Source: Bacillota bacterium | GTDB lineage: Bacteria > Bacillota > Desulfotomaculia > Desulfotomaculales > Desulfocucumaceae | Length of the DNA: 64,000 nt | Direction of reading: 5' to 3' | NCBI GenBank assembly: GCA_049325075.1 | Contig: JBMOPF010000085.1 | Location: forward strand, 12,065-76,064 | Shown: positions 1 to 8,594 of the stretch, in pieces | How the letters are laid out: each line of letters opens with the position of its first letter | Position numbering within the stretch: position 1 is the stretch's first letter | Notes under the pieces: generated by a model | What the model was told of the DNA's origin: nothing | What the model saw: the letters and a program-made list of their open reading frames with translations, nothing else | Database searches by the model: none | Position numbers and translations under genes: made by a program

Positions 1-2
1 CT

Positions 3-446
3 GTACTGGGGCACAATATAGACGCCGGAAGGTCGCGGCTGGTGGATGAATTTATGAAATCGGAAAGGGCCGTATTAATGGGTTCCTCCAGTTTCTGGGA
101 GGGTGTTGACATACCGGGCGCGGACCTCTCGTCCGTGGTAATAGTGAAACTTCCTTTTTCATCACCATCAGAACCGGTTATACAGGCAAGAATGGAGGAC
201 CTGGCTGATACGGGAAGGATACCCTTTAACGACTATTATTTGCCCCTGGCGGTAATCAGGTTCAAGCAGGGGTTCGGAAGGTTGATCCGCACAGAGGCCG
301 ACAGAGGGGTGGTGATAGTTCTTGACGGGAGAATTGTTGCCAAAAGTTATGGCAGGAAGTTTTTAAGATCACTGCCGGTAACGGGCCATTTTAGCGGTGA
401 TTTGGCCACGGTGAAAGAAAAGGTAAGGGATTGGTTTCATAAATAA
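3..446 (+). CDS. DinG/Rad3-family ATP-dependent DNA helicase, C-terminal fragment (5' end outside window)
   Basis: The frame is open from the window edge. 'SSFWEGVDIPG', 'VVIVKLPF' and 'GFGRLIRTEADRGVVIVLDGR' look like helicase C-terminal motifs of DinG-like proteins. Confidence 0.75.
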   Translation, partial: VLGHNIDAGRSRLVDEFMKSERAVLMGSSSFWEGVDIPGADLSSVVIVKLPFSSPSEPVIQARMEDLADTGRIPFNDYYLPLAVIRFKQGFGRLIRTEADRGVVIVLDGRIVAKSYGRKFLRSLPVTGHFSGDLATVKEKVRDWFHK

Positions 447-577
447 GCTTATCTTACCGCTATCTCCTGCCTATGCTGTTCAGGTATACTGTCGGACAGT
501 TATATGTTTATTAATATACTTCTAATTATTCGCAAAAAATGTTAAAATAAATACGCAAAAATTTAAGGGGGCAAAAC

Positions 578-1222
578 ATGAGGGAGACCTACCCTATTGC
601 CAGGCCGGGCTGGAGTTACCTGGCGGTGCTGGCAGTTATTACCGGCGTCTGTTATGTTTTTTACAGGCCGGCAAGCGCTTTACCGGCGTTCCTGTTTTTT
701 TTTACAGCCTATTTTTTCCGCAACCCTAAAAGAACCATACCTTCTGAAAAGAATATTGTGGTTTCACCTGCGGACGGTGTTGTTATGTCGGTTGGCGAGG
801 TGCAGGAAAACAGATTTCTGGACGGTCCTTCATTAAAAGTAAGCATTTTCCTGTCTATATTTAATGTGCATGTTAACAGGGCACCTGTTGAGGGCTGTAT
901 AAAATACAGAGAATACGTCCCGGGTAAATTTTTGCCCGCCTTTAAGAGCCATGCCTCCGGCCTGAATGAGAGAAATTATATCGGGATAGATTCCTCCGGC
1001 GTCAGGGTTCTGGTATGTCAGATTACGGGTTTTATAGCCAGAAGGATAGTGTGTAATACTGTGCCGGGTGATTGGGTGGAAAGGGGACAGCTTTTTGGAA
1101 TGATCAAGTTCGGGAGCTGTACAGAGATTTATTTGCCTACGAATGTACAGGTGCTGGTTAAAAAGGGCGACATTGTAAAGGGTGGAGAGACGGTTATTGG
1201 GAGGTTGCCCGATGAGAGCTGA
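578..1222 (+). CDS. psd: phosphatidylserine decarboxylase proenzyme (short Asd/Psd type)
   Basis: 214 aa with an N-terminal TM segment, 'FLSIFNVHVNRAPVEG' and the self-cleavage-type 'KFGSCTE' motif. AAGGGGG RBS. Overlaps the downstream pssA. Confidence 0.85.
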   Translation: MRETYPIARPGWSYLAVLAVITGVCYVFYRPASALPAFLFFFTAYFFRNPKRTIPSEKNIVVSPADGVVMSVGEVQENRFLDGPSLKVSIFLSIFNVHVNRAPVEGCIKYREYVPGKFLPAFKSHASGLNERNYIGIDSSGVRVLVCQITGFIARRIVCNTVPGDWVERGQLFGMIKFGSCTEIYLPTNVQVLVKKGDIVKGGETVIGRLPDES

Positions 1223-1715
1223 AGTGCTGCCGAACGTTATTACCGGGTCAAATCTTGTTATAGGGATGCTGGCGGTGGCTTTTGCCACGGACGGCAGATT
1301 TTTTCACGGGGCGGTGCTTATTCTCATCGCCGCCATACTGGACCGCTTTGACGGAAAGCTGGCCAGGAAAATTGGGACGAACTCCGATTTCGGCAAGGAG
1401 TTGGACTCACTGGCCGATCTTGTCTCATTTGGTGTGGCGCCGGCGCTGACTGTATATATGTGGAAGCTCAGTGACCTGGGGACGGCGGGCCTGCTGGTGA
1501 TAATATTGTTTGTTTTGTGCGGTGCGCTGCGGCTGGCCAGGTTTAATATAATGAATGTTTCGGGCTATTTTCTGGGGATACCCATCACCATCGCCGGGTC
1601 GCTGGTGGCAGTTTCAGTTCTGGCGGCGGGGAAGGCGCCGGTATATGTGCCGGCCATTCTGGTTTTTGTTCTTTCCGGACTGATGGTCAGCAATATAAGA
1701 TTGCCCAAAATATAA
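1212..1715 (+). CDS. pssA: CDP-diacylglycerol--serine O-phosphatidyltransferase
   Basis: CDP-alcohol phosphatidyltransferase motif 'DRFDGKLARKIGTNSDFGKELDSLADLVSFGVAP'. Start chosen at the ATG overlapping the psd stop (the track ORF begins at 1182). Confidence 0.85.
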   Translation: MRAEVLPNVITGSNLVIGMLAVAFATDGRFFHGAVLILIAAILDRFDGKLARKIGTNSDFGKELDSLADLVSFGVAPALTVYMWKLSDLGTAGLLVIILFVLCGALRLARFNIMNVSGYFLGIPITIAGSLVAVSVLAAGKAPVYVPAILVFVLSGLMVSNIRLPKI

Positions 1716-1810
1716 TTTAAGAATATAATTGGTTGACAAAAAATGCTGTCACAATTTTAGCCGGGCCTGAATAGTATATTAGGGATCAAATAATAAGGGG
1801 TGATCGAGTC

Positions 1811-1876
1811 TTGCGGGTATATTTCGTAAGAATACCATCTTTTTTAAGGAGTTTATTACTGAAGGTTTGGAAATAG
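1811..1876 (+). CDS. spoVM: SpoVM-like 21-aa sporulation peptide (candidate, below ORF-track threshold)
   Basis: TTG start 7 nt after GGGGTGA. The peptide MRVYFVRIPSFLRSLLLKVWK resembles my recollection of B. subtilis SpoVM, MKFYTIKLPKFLGGIVRAMLGSFRKD (M+xYxh+hPxFL). A stem-loop follows. Confidence 0.5.
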   Translation: MRVYFVRIPSFLRSLLLKVWK

Positions 1877-1883
1877 CGAGCCG

Positions 1884-1907
1884 GGGGCAGGTTTACAACC
1901 TGTCCCC
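1884..1907. terminator. stem-loop between the convergent spoVM-like ORF and the TIGR04086 gene
   Basis: GGGGCAGGTT-tac-AACCTGTCCCC (one bulge). There is no clear U-run on either side. Confidence 0.35.
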
Positions 1908-1924
1908 GTTAAATTCAGGGAACT

Positions 1925-2317
1925 TTAAAAGCCCACTCCTATGATTCCTCCCAGTGAACCTCCGATTAAGCAGATAAACAGTTTCTGGACCAGGGGAAGA
2001 AAGGCAACCCCTGTGGAAATAAACAGTCCGGTAAAAATCCAGATCAGCAGGAAGATTGCAATTCCCACGAATATGCCGTGGAAAAGACCCCTGTTTCCGG
2101 AATGCCTGGAGGAGAAAAAGCCGCCGCAAAAGACGCTGACAAAAAGGATGACAGAGGCGGCAACCGGAAGTGTGGATTCTGAGATGCCGGTCAAAAACAG
2201 CAAGACGCCAAAAATGAGGGAGCCGGCAATTGACATCATGAAAGCAACAATTATTCCTCTCAGGATTGACTGGAGATTAATGGACGGCTGATGGTGGGGG
2301 GGATTTTTTATAGGCAT
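1925..2317 (-). CDS. TIGR04086-family small integral membrane protein
   Basis: Four hydrophobic helices with a 'FCGGFFSSRHSGNRGLFHG' core. Start moved to the ATG at 2317, which has GGAGGTG 7 nt upstream (the track start at 2368 has no RBS). Confidence 0.6.
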   Translation of the reverse strand: MPIKNPPHHQPSINLQSILRGIIVAFMMSIAGSLIFGVLLFLTGISESTLPVAASVILFVSVFCGGFFSSRHSGNRGLFHGIFVGIAIFLLIWIFTGLFISTGVAFLPLVQKLFICLIGGSLGGIIGVGF

Positions 2318-2491
2318 AATGGCGCACCTCCGGGGATTAGTTAACACTAATTTATGTTGATTTTCCATAATTATGACTCGGTTTGAAATTGCTTGCCCCC
2401 AAGGGGGGCGTTGACCTCATGTGTTATTATTAAAAAAGGGATGAGGATGAGATAAAATGGCCATTGGGCCAAAAAAAACGGGGAGATTATT

Positions 2492-3085
2492 TTGAAAGAC
2501 TTTGTTCTGAGATATAGTCTGGGGGACAGGCTGTATCTCAACATTACCAACAGATGCACCAACAACTGCGCATTCTGTATCAGGAAAACGGAAAAGGGTG
2601 TGGGCTACAATCTCTGGCTGCAGCGCGAGCCGTCCGCGGAGGAGGTAATTGAAGCCCTGGGTGATCTGTCCGGGTTCAGTGAGGTGGTATTCTGCGGTTA
2701 TGGGGAACCTCTTATACGGATTGACCTGGTCAGGGAGGTCGCGGCCCACATAAAGAAGAAACATGGAAAGATAATAAGGGTAAATACCAACGGCCATGCG
2801 GATCTGATCCACGGGCCCGGGAGCGCGGACAGACTGAGGGGGTTTGTGGACCGGATTAATGTAAGCCTGAACGCGCATAACAGCGAGAAGTATGTTGAAA
2901 TATGCAGGCCCATCTATGGAGAAAAAGCATACGGTGAATTGCTTAAATTTGCCGAAAGCTGTATTGGTGTTATCCCCGAGGTTGTTCTATCTGTGGTGGA
3001 GTGGCCCGGCGTGGATGTGGAAAAATGCCGGCAGAGGGCTGAAGAGATGGGGGCAAAATTCAGGTTGAGAAAGAACAGCGGTTAA
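2492..3085 (+). CDS. radical SAM protein (TatD-associated TIGR04038-like)
   Basis: 'NITNRCTNNCAFCIR' CxxxCxxC cluster motif, 'VVFCGYGEPL', ~197 aa. The subfamily assignment is from memory. Confidence 0.7.
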   Translation: MKDFVLRYSLGDRLYLNITNRCTNNCAFCIRKTEKGVGYNLWLQREPSAEEVIEALGDLSGFSEVVFCGYGEPLIRIDLVREVAAHIKKKHGKIIRVNTNGHADLIHGPGSADRLRGFVDRINVSLNAHNSEKYVEICRPIYGEKAYGELLKFAESCIGVIPEVVLSVVEWPGVDVEKCRQRAEEMGAKFRLRKNSG

Positions 3086-3163
3086 TAGATGCTTATACTG
3101 AATTCCTGACCTGGACTTCACTCAGTATAAGTATTTTACTTATGAAAGGCTGGGTGGTGAGTA

Positions 3164-3844
3164 TTGTCCGAGTATTTTGAGTACCTGAGAAAAATCATGC
3201 TTTTTGCCTGCCTTGATGACAGGCAGTTGGCGGAAGTGGACAACCTTATAGTGGAAAGAAATTACCAGCGGGGGAGAATCCTCTTTGTAGAGGGTGAGCC
3301 GGGTGAGGCCGTTTTTTTTCTGAAGGAGGGCCGCGTAAAGATTTCCAGACAGTCGGAAGATGGAAGGGAGCAGATACTTCATTTTATTCACCCGGGTGAA
3401 ATGTTTGCAGAGGTGGTGCTTTTTGACGGCGGGCCATACCCTGCCACAGCTGAGACTGTTGAGGATTCCAAAATCGGGATGATACGCAATGAGGATATGG
3501 AGAGAATAACCCTGAACAACCCGGGCATAGCGCTGGGAATATTGAAAATAATGGCCCGGAGGCTGCGTATGGCGCAGAAGCAGATAAACGACCTGGCGCT
3601 GATGGACACCTCCAGGAGGCTGGCCAGCACGCTGATATTCCTGGCCGCCGACCGGGGAAAACCCTGTGAAAGCGGTACGTCCATTGAGATGTCTTTAACC
3701 AATCAGGATCTGGCCAACATGATAGGCGCCTCCAGGGAAACCGTCAACCGGATATTGAGCGATATGCGGAGGCAAAAGGCGCTGCTGGTGGAAAAGAAGC
3801 GTATTATTATATGTGATATGAAAAAGTTAAAGTCCTGGCTGTGA
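3164..3844 (+). CDS. Crp/Fnr-family transcriptional regulator
   Basis: N-terminal cNMP-binding fold ('FVEGEPGEAVFFLKEGRVKI') and a C-terminal HTH ('LTNQDLANMIGASRETVNRILSDM'). Confidence 0.85.
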   Translation: MSEYFEYLRKIMLFACLDDRQLAEVDNLIVERNYQRGRILFVEGEPGEAVFFLKEGRVKISRQSEDGREQILHFIHPGEMFAEVVLFDGGPYPATAETVEDSKIGMIRNEDMERITLNNPGIALGILKIMARRLRMAQKQINDLALMDTSRRLASTLIFLAADRGKPCESGTSIEMSLTNQDLANMIGASRETVNRILSDMRRQKALLVEKKRIIICDMKKLKSWL

Positions 3845-3850
3845 AAAGGT

Positions 3851-3874
3851 AAAAAAAAGCCCGGCATATCCGGG
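3851..3874 (-). terminator. intrinsic terminator oriented for the minus strand
   Basis: CCCGG-catat-CCGGG hairpin. Read on the minus strand it is followed by an 8-nt T-run. The plus strand has no T-run. Confidence 0.6.
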
Positions 3875-3888
3875 AGTATGTCATATTA

Positions 3889-4065
3889 TTATACAGGATG
3901 ATCAAAGTCCCATCTGCCGTCAAGGTTTATCATGGTCGCCGATCCGGTATGTTCCTCCACAAAGTCATTTCCGGTTTCGAAGTCCGGAACTGTTTCATTT
4001 CTCCTGGCCAGATTTTTTTCGATGCGATGTTCCCGTTTGGTCAGCAATTTATTTTTTTTCGGCAC
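3889..4065 (-). CDS. hypothetical 58-aa protein (below ORF-track threshold)
   Basis: GTG start about 8 nt after GGGGAGGA. Peptide VPKKNKLLTKREHRIEKNLARRNETVPDFETGNDFVEEHTGSATMINLDGRWDFDHPV. The minus-oriented terminator lies immediately downstream. This ORF replaces the implausible plus-strand ORF 3898..4110. Confidence 0.45.
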   Translation of the reverse strand: MPKKNKLLTKREHRIEKNLARRNETVPDFETGNDFVEEHTGSATMINLDGRWDFDHPV

Positions 4066-4195
4066 CGGGATATTCCTCCCCTGAAAATAATGTTGTATAC
4101 TATCATTTAATATTCATTCCCTGTTTATAAATATTTAAAATATATTGTCTGCAGTATGGGAAAATATAATAAAAATAAAAATCGGAGGAAGATAA

Positions 4196-4411
4196 ATGGC
4201 TATAACTGAAGAGGTAATCAAGGTGCAGGGAATGTCCTGCAATCACTGTAAAATGGCCGTTGAAAAGGCTGTTGGCGGGCTGGGCGGCGTTTCCGGAGCA
4301 GAGGTGGACCTGGCCGGGGGAACAGTCAGGGTTTCCTATGATCCGGGGCAGGTAGACCGCCGGAAAATTGTGGACGCCATAGAACAGGCCGGGTACAAGG
4401 TTTTACAATAG
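4196..4411 (+). CDS. copZ: heavy-metal-associated (HMA) domain copper chaperone
   Basis: 71 aa with 'GMSCNHCKMAVEKAV' (MxCxxC). GGAGGA RBS. Confidence 0.85.
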   Translation: MAITEEVIKVQGMSCNHCKMAVEKAVGGLGGVSGAEVDLAGGTVRVSYDPGQVDRRKIVDAIEQAGYKVLQ

Positions 4412-4516
4412 TTTGATATGATATAATCACCGCAATGGGGACCGTTTGGTATGTGGCATTATACTGACGGTTATTTTCTGTTGTTCCCGTTTTTTGTTCA
4501 GAGGAGGAGCTTTACC

Positions 4517-4906
4517 TTGTTTGAGCTGAATGTAAAAAGAAGATTCGCGGCGGCACACCGGCTGGATGGATATGACGGCCGGTGCTCCGCCATGCATGGA
4601 CACACATGGGAGGCGGAGGTCGGTGTCGCCGGCAGCCGGCTGGATTCGTGCGGCATGCTGATAGATTTTAAAATACTTAAAGAAATGGTTGACGGTATAA
4701 TCACTGAACTGGATCACTCCTGTCTCAATGAACATGAATACTTTTGCGGGGGAGGCAGTGAAAAGAACCCTACCGCTGAGAATATAGCGGTTTATATTTA
4801 CGGCAAATTGAAGGAAGAATTAAAAAAAGCGTCACCGGACCTGGTTTTGAAGGGTGTACGGGTATGGGAATCACCGGAGGCGTCGGCGTTTTACCGGGAG
4901 GATTGA
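4517..4906 (+). CDS. queD: 6-carboxy-5,6,7,8-tetrahydropterin synthase
   Basis: 'FAAAHRL...GRCSAMHGHTW' and 'LDHSCLNE' motifs. TTG start with GAGGAGGAG upstream (the track ORF starts at 4451). Confidence 0.85.
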   Translation: MFELNVKRRFAAAHRLDGYDGRCSAMHGHTWEAEVGVAGSRLDSCGMLIDFKILKEMVDGIITELDHSCLNEHEYFCGGGSEKNPTAENIAVYIYGKLKEELKKASPDLVLKGVRVWESPEASAFYRED

Positions 4907-4910
4907 ATAT

Positions 4911-5567
4911 ATGTCCAGCATAGTTTTGCTTTCCGGGGGGCTGGATTCCACGGTTTCACTGGGCCAGGCCCTCAAAGAGGATGATGTCAGGCTTTGTCTG
5001 ACATTTGATTACGGGCAAAGGGCCGGGCAGAGGGAGATAGAGTCAGCCTCAAAAATCGCCGCCCATTATGGCCTGGAACACCGGGTAATAAACCTTCCCT
5101 TCCTGGGGGAAATCACCTCCACGGCCCTGGTAGATACCGGGAAGACGGTTCCCGAGCCCGGGTACGAGGATTTTTCCATGCCCGGGGCAATGGAGAACAC
5201 CGCCAGATTGGTCTGGGTTCCCAACCGGAACGGGGTATTTATCAATATTGCGGCCGCCTTTGCGGAGGCAATGGGCTGCGGACGGGTGGTAACCGGATTT
5301 AACGCCGAGGAGGCGGCAACTTTCCCCGATAACAGCAGGGAATATCTGCTGGCCGCCGGTAAAGCCCTGTCATATTCCACAATGAACGGAGTAAGGGTGA
5401 TAAGTTACACCCAGATGCTGGACAAGGCCGGGATTGTGAGGCTGGGCAGAAGGATAGGCGCCCCCCTGGAATATGTCTGGCCCTGCTATCATGGCGGTGA
5501 GAGTCTTTGCGGGCTGTGTGAAAGCTGCCGGAGGTATTTTATGGCCCTGGAAAGGGCGGGTGAATGA
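4911..5567 (+). CDS. queC: 7-cyano-7-deazaguanine (preQ0) synthase
   Basis: 'VLLSGGLDSTV' PP-loop and a C-terminal 'CGLCESCRRY' zinc motif. The ATG lies 5 nt after the queD stop. Confidence 0.9.
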   Translation: MSSIVLLSGGLDSTVSLGQALKEDDVRLCLTFDYGQRAGQREIESASKIAAHYGLEHRVINLPFLGEITSTALVDTGKTVPEPGYEDFSMPGAMENTARLVWVPNRNGVFINIAAAFAEAMGCGRVVTGFNAEEAATFPDNSREYLLAAGKALSYSTMNGVRVISYTQMLDKAGIVRLGRRIGAPLEYVWPCYHGGESLCGLCESCRRYFMALERAGE

Positions 5568-5568
5568 A

Positions 5569-6123
5569 ATGCATGTATATTGTCATGATGAGAAAATAAC
5601 CTATACCGGAGATCAGCTTTCGTCCCTTTGGGCATACAAAAACTTTGGGCTGCAGGGCGACAGCATTGTGTGCTTCAGGGGGCCGTGCAGCATCTCTTTT
5701 TCCAGCATGGTGGACCTTGAGGATGTGCTGGCCTGCTCGCCAATATACGGTCCGGACATGCTGCATTTTGTGGTGGAGCACTTTGAGAGAGGGCTGGAAA
5801 AGGCGGTTCTGCGACAGCGGCTGCTGATTGCGATTATAAAGGACGCTATTGGCCGGCCGGACCTGGAGAGAAGGGGAGACGACCTTTATATGGGAAGTAA
5901 AAAGCTATCCATTTCCATTGCCACTTCAACTCCGGTTTCGGTAATGATACATGCGGCCCTAAATGTGATAACGGAAGGTACGCCGGTTGAAACGGCCGGG
6001 CTGATGGAGATGGGGTATGCGGAGGAAGATATAATGCCGCTGGGGATGAAAATATGCCGGCTGTATGACCTGGAGATGTCGTCGGTCAGGATGGCCCGCT
6101 GCAAGGTTAGGGGTGTCGGTTAG
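5569..6123 (+). CDS. DUF366-family protein embedded in the preQ0 operon
   Basis: 184 aa. The ATG lies 2 nt after the queC stop, and the stop is adjacent to or overlaps the queE start. The family name is from memory and the function is unknown. Confidence 0.6.
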   Translation: MHVYCHDEKITYTGDQLSSLWAYKNFGLQGDSIVCFRGPCSISFSSMVDLEDVLACSPIYGPDMLHFVVEHFERGLEKAVLRQRLLIAIIKDAIGRPDLERRGDDLYMGSKKLSISIATSTPVSVMIHAALNVITEGTPVETAGLMEMGYAEEDIMPLGMKICRLYDLEMSSVRMARCKVRGVG

Positions 6124-6124
6124 G

Positions 6125-6862
6125 TTGAAGGCCTTTATCCGGGAAGTTTTCTCCTCCGTTCAGGGTGAGGGGCCGTACATAGGGCGAAGGCAAATTTTTA
6201 TCAGGCTGGGGGGGTGCAACCTTTCCTGCCGGTACTGCGATACTGAAAAGTCCGTGGATGAAAGACCTTGCAGGGTTGAGGCGGTTCCGGGAAAGAGGGT
6301 TTTTTCAGAGGTTCAGAATCCTGTCCGGGCGCGGGACCTGGTCAGTCTGGTCAGGGAGAGGTACCCCGTCGATATTCACCATTCTTTCAGCATAACTGGC
6401 GGGGAGCCCCTTCTGCAGGTTGATTTTCTGACCGATCTTCTTCCGGCCCTTAAAAATACCGGCCTGCCGGTATTTCTGGAAACCAACGGGACCCTTCCGG
6501 AGGGTCTGGCCCGCGTAATAGGCCTGGTGGATATAGTATCTATGGATATAAAACTTCCGGGCACCGCCGGATGCCCCCCTCTCTGGGACGAGCACCTCCG
6601 GTTTTTGTCCATAGCCCGGAAGGCTGAAGTTTTTGTCAAAATAGTGGCGGATGACCTGAGCGATATACTGGAATGCAAAAGGGCGGCAGACCTTGTTGCC
6701 GGCGTTGACAGCGGGGTGACCTTCATAATCCAGCCCCGCACCGAAGCCGGCAGGTGTATGCTTTCCCCGGGGCGGGCGCTTTATTTGCAGGCGCTGGCCC
6801 TGGAGAGACTGAAGGATGTCAGAATAATTCCCCAGGCGCATGTAATGATGGGCCAGCTTTGA
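6125..6862 (+). CDS. queE: 7-carboxy-7-deazaguanine synthase (radical SAM)
   Basis: '[34 protein letters not shown]'. The start is ambiguous (TTG 6125 or GTG 6113); the track ORF starts at 6065. Confidence 0.85.
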   Translation: MKAFIREVFSSVQGEGPYIGRRQIFIRLGGCNLSCRYCDTEKSVDERPCRVEAVPGKRVFSEVQNPVRARDLVSLVRERYPVDIHHSFSITGGEPLLQVDFLTDLLPALKNTGLPVFLETNGTLPEGLARVIGLVDIVSMDIKLPGTAGCPPLWDEHLRFLSIARKAEVFVKIVADDLSDILECKRAADLVAGVDSGVTFIIQPRTEAGRCMLSPGRALYLQALALERLKDVRIIPQAHVMMGQL

Positions 6863-6884
6863 ATTTAAGGGAGGGGTAGTTCTT

Positions 6885-7445
6885 TTGGTGGACAGAGAAA
6901 AAATTGAGACGGCTGTGCGTATGATATTAGAGGCGATAGGTGAGGATCCTGACAGGGAGGGGCTGAGGGAAACACCGGCCAGAGTGGCCAGAATGTACCA
7001 GGAGATATTCAGCGGCCTGTGGGAAGACCCCAGGGAGCACCTGCAAAAAATGTTTTCCGAGGAGCACGAGGAAATGGTGCTGGTGAAGGATATCCCCATT
7101 TATTCGATGTGTGAGCACCACCTGCTTCCCTTTTTCGGCAGGGCACATGTGGCATATATACCAAAGAAGGGAAATGTGACCGGCCTGTCGAAGCTGGCCA
7201 GGGTGGTGGAGGGGTTTGCCAGAAGGCCCCAGTTGCAGGAAAGGCTTACTTCACAAATAGCGGATGCCATCATGAAAGCTCTGACACCTCAGGGCGTTTT
7301 GGTGGTGGTGGAGGCTGAGCATATGTGTATGACTTTGAGGGGTGTGCGCAAGCCCGGGTCAAAGACCATAACCTCGGCGGTGAGGGGATCCTTTCAGAGG
7401 AATGAGGTAACCAGGGCAGAGGCGCTGTCACTTATAAAGGGATAA
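6885..7445 (+). CDS. folE: GTP cyclohydrolase I
   Basis: '[11 protein letters not shown]', 'RPQLQERLT' and 'EAEHMCM' motifs. 186 aa. Confidence 0.9.
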   Translation: MVDREKIETAVRMILEAIGEDPDREGLRETPARVARMYQEIFSGLWEDPREHLQKMFSEEHEEMVLVKDIPIYSMCEHHLLPFFGRAHVAYIPKKGNVTGLSKLARVVEGFARRPQLQERLTSQIADAIMKALTPQGVLVVVEAEHMCMTLRGVRKPGSKTITSAVRGSFQRNEVTRAEALSLIKG

Positions 7446-7459
7446 GGGCGTGTGTATTT

Positions 7460-7654
7460 ATGAGTGATAAAAACAAACAAAGGGATCCGGGAAAATTGGA
7501 GCTTATTGCCACCAAGTCGTTTGCACCATATGGCGACATGTACCGGGTGGTGGACTTTTTAAATAAAAGCCTCAAGGAAAAAAAGGTCATGTTCGGGTTG
7601 ACCAAGTCCAGGGAAAAGGAAATGATGACCATATCCATCTACGAGGTTGAGTAA
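7460..7654 (+). CDS. YpmA-like (DUF4264) small protein
   Basis: 'MYRVVDFLNKSLKEKKVMFGL' parallels my recollection of B. subtilis YpmA, 'LYKIVDTLNRTLKRDNLMFGL'. Confidence 0.55.
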   Translation: MSDKNKQRDPGKLELIATKSFAPYGDMYRVVDFLNKSLKEKKVMFGLTKSREKEMMTISIYEVE

Positions 7655-7709
7655 TACAATTCCAAAGATGGAATGAAAAAACAGCAGCGTCGCAAGCCGG
7701 GAGGTAGTA

Positions 7710-8471
7710 ATGCGGATACTGATCAGCAATGATGACGGTATTTATGCCGATGGGATAAGGGCCCTGAGAAAAAGGCTGGAAAAGCTTGAGGGCGTGGAAA
7801 AAATATACGTGGTGGCGCCGGACAGGGAGAGAAGCGCCATAGGGCATGGAATTACCATGCACAGGCCGCTTCGGGCCAAGGAAATTAAATATGCCTCACC
7901 CCTGTCCAAGGGCTGGTCGGTGGACGGCACCCCGGCCGATTGTGTAAAGCTGGCGCTGGAGGAACTGCTGAAGGAACCGCCGGACCTGGTGGTTTCCGGT
8001 ATAAACCAGGGCCCAAACCTGGGAACGGATGTGATATATTCCGGGACTGTTTCGGCGGCGGTTGAGGCGGTAATATGCGGCTATCCTGCCATTGCCATAT
8101 CCCTTTCCAGCTTCAAGGACCATGATTTTTCAGAGGCGTGCGAATACGCGGCCAGGCTGATACCATTGGTGATCAGGGAGGGGCTTCCCGGGGGAACACT
8201 GCTCAATGTCAATGTGCCCCCAGGGAAGCCGGCGGGCGTAAAGGTGGTCCGGCTCGGCAACATGAGGTATGTCAATATATTTGACCGCAGGACCGACCCA
8301 AGGGGGCGGGTGTATTACTGGATGGCGGGCGAAGTGCTGGACATGGACGACAATTCAGAAGACACCGATATAGGGTCAAATCGCAGGGGGTATATAACCA
8401 TTACACCGGTGCAGATAGATTTGACCAACAGTCGCGAGATAGAAAGAATAAAAAGATGGAAGCTGCCCTGA
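7710..8471 (+). CDS. surE: 5'/3'-nucleotidase SurE
   Basis: 'MRILISNDDGI', 'SGINQGPNLGTDVIYSGTVSAA'. 253 aa. Confidence 0.9.
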   Translation: MRILISNDDGIYADGIRALRKRLEKLEGVEKIYVVAPDRERSAIGHGITMHRPLRAKEIKYASPLSKGWSVDGTPADCVKLALEELLKEPPDLVVSGINQGPNLGTDVIYSGTVSAAVEAVICGYPAIAISLSSFKDHDFSEACEYAARLIPLVIREGLPGGTLLNVNVPPGKPAGVKVVRLGNMRYVNIFDRRTDPRGRVYYWMAGEVLDMDDNSEDTDIGSNRRGYITITPVQIDLTNSREIERIKRWKLP

Positions 8472-8498
8472 AAATGCTTATATTGATATGTTTATTCT

Positions 8499-8590
8499 GT
8501 CGGAGTGGCCAGAGGTGTATTTCCGTCCGGTCGGAGAGGCCAGGATGCATTTCCGATTGGTCGGAGTCAGAAGGGTCCGGGCATTATTGT
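8499..8590 (+). repeat. 30-31-nt tandem repeat, about 2.5 copies
   Basis: GTCGGAGTGGCCAGAGGTGTATTTCCGTCCG / GTCGGAGAGGCCAGGATGCATTTCCGATTG / GTCGGAGTCAGAAGGGTCCGGGCATT... read directly between surE and spoVB. Confidence 0.85.
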
Positions 8591-8594
8591 CAAT

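Noticed and set aside
3898-4110. Plus-strand 70-aa track ORF between crp and copZ
   Set aside because: It has no RBS and an odd composition. The local terminator is oriented for the minus strand, where a better 58-aa ORF with an RBS exists.
4412-4516. Expected preQ1 riboswitch upstream of queD
   Set aside because: There is no short P1 hairpin followed by an A-rich AUAAAAAACUA-type tail. The leader is T-rich on the sense strand. The A-rich tail ATAAAAAAACAA of the 110-nt repeat elements was also checked, but it lacks a conserved adjacent P1.
6305-7099. 264-aa minus-strand ORF. Similar long antisense ORFs occur at 19782..20567, 20638..21510, 28538..29092, 29362..30267, 37592..38317, 57204..58046, 59981..61159 and 61570..62301.
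   Set aside because: All lie fully antisense to genes with unmistakable family motifs (queE/folE, activase genes, etfBA, treZ, the LarA-like gene, fni, cobT). They have Arg/Pro/Gly-rich shadow-frame composition and no RBS.
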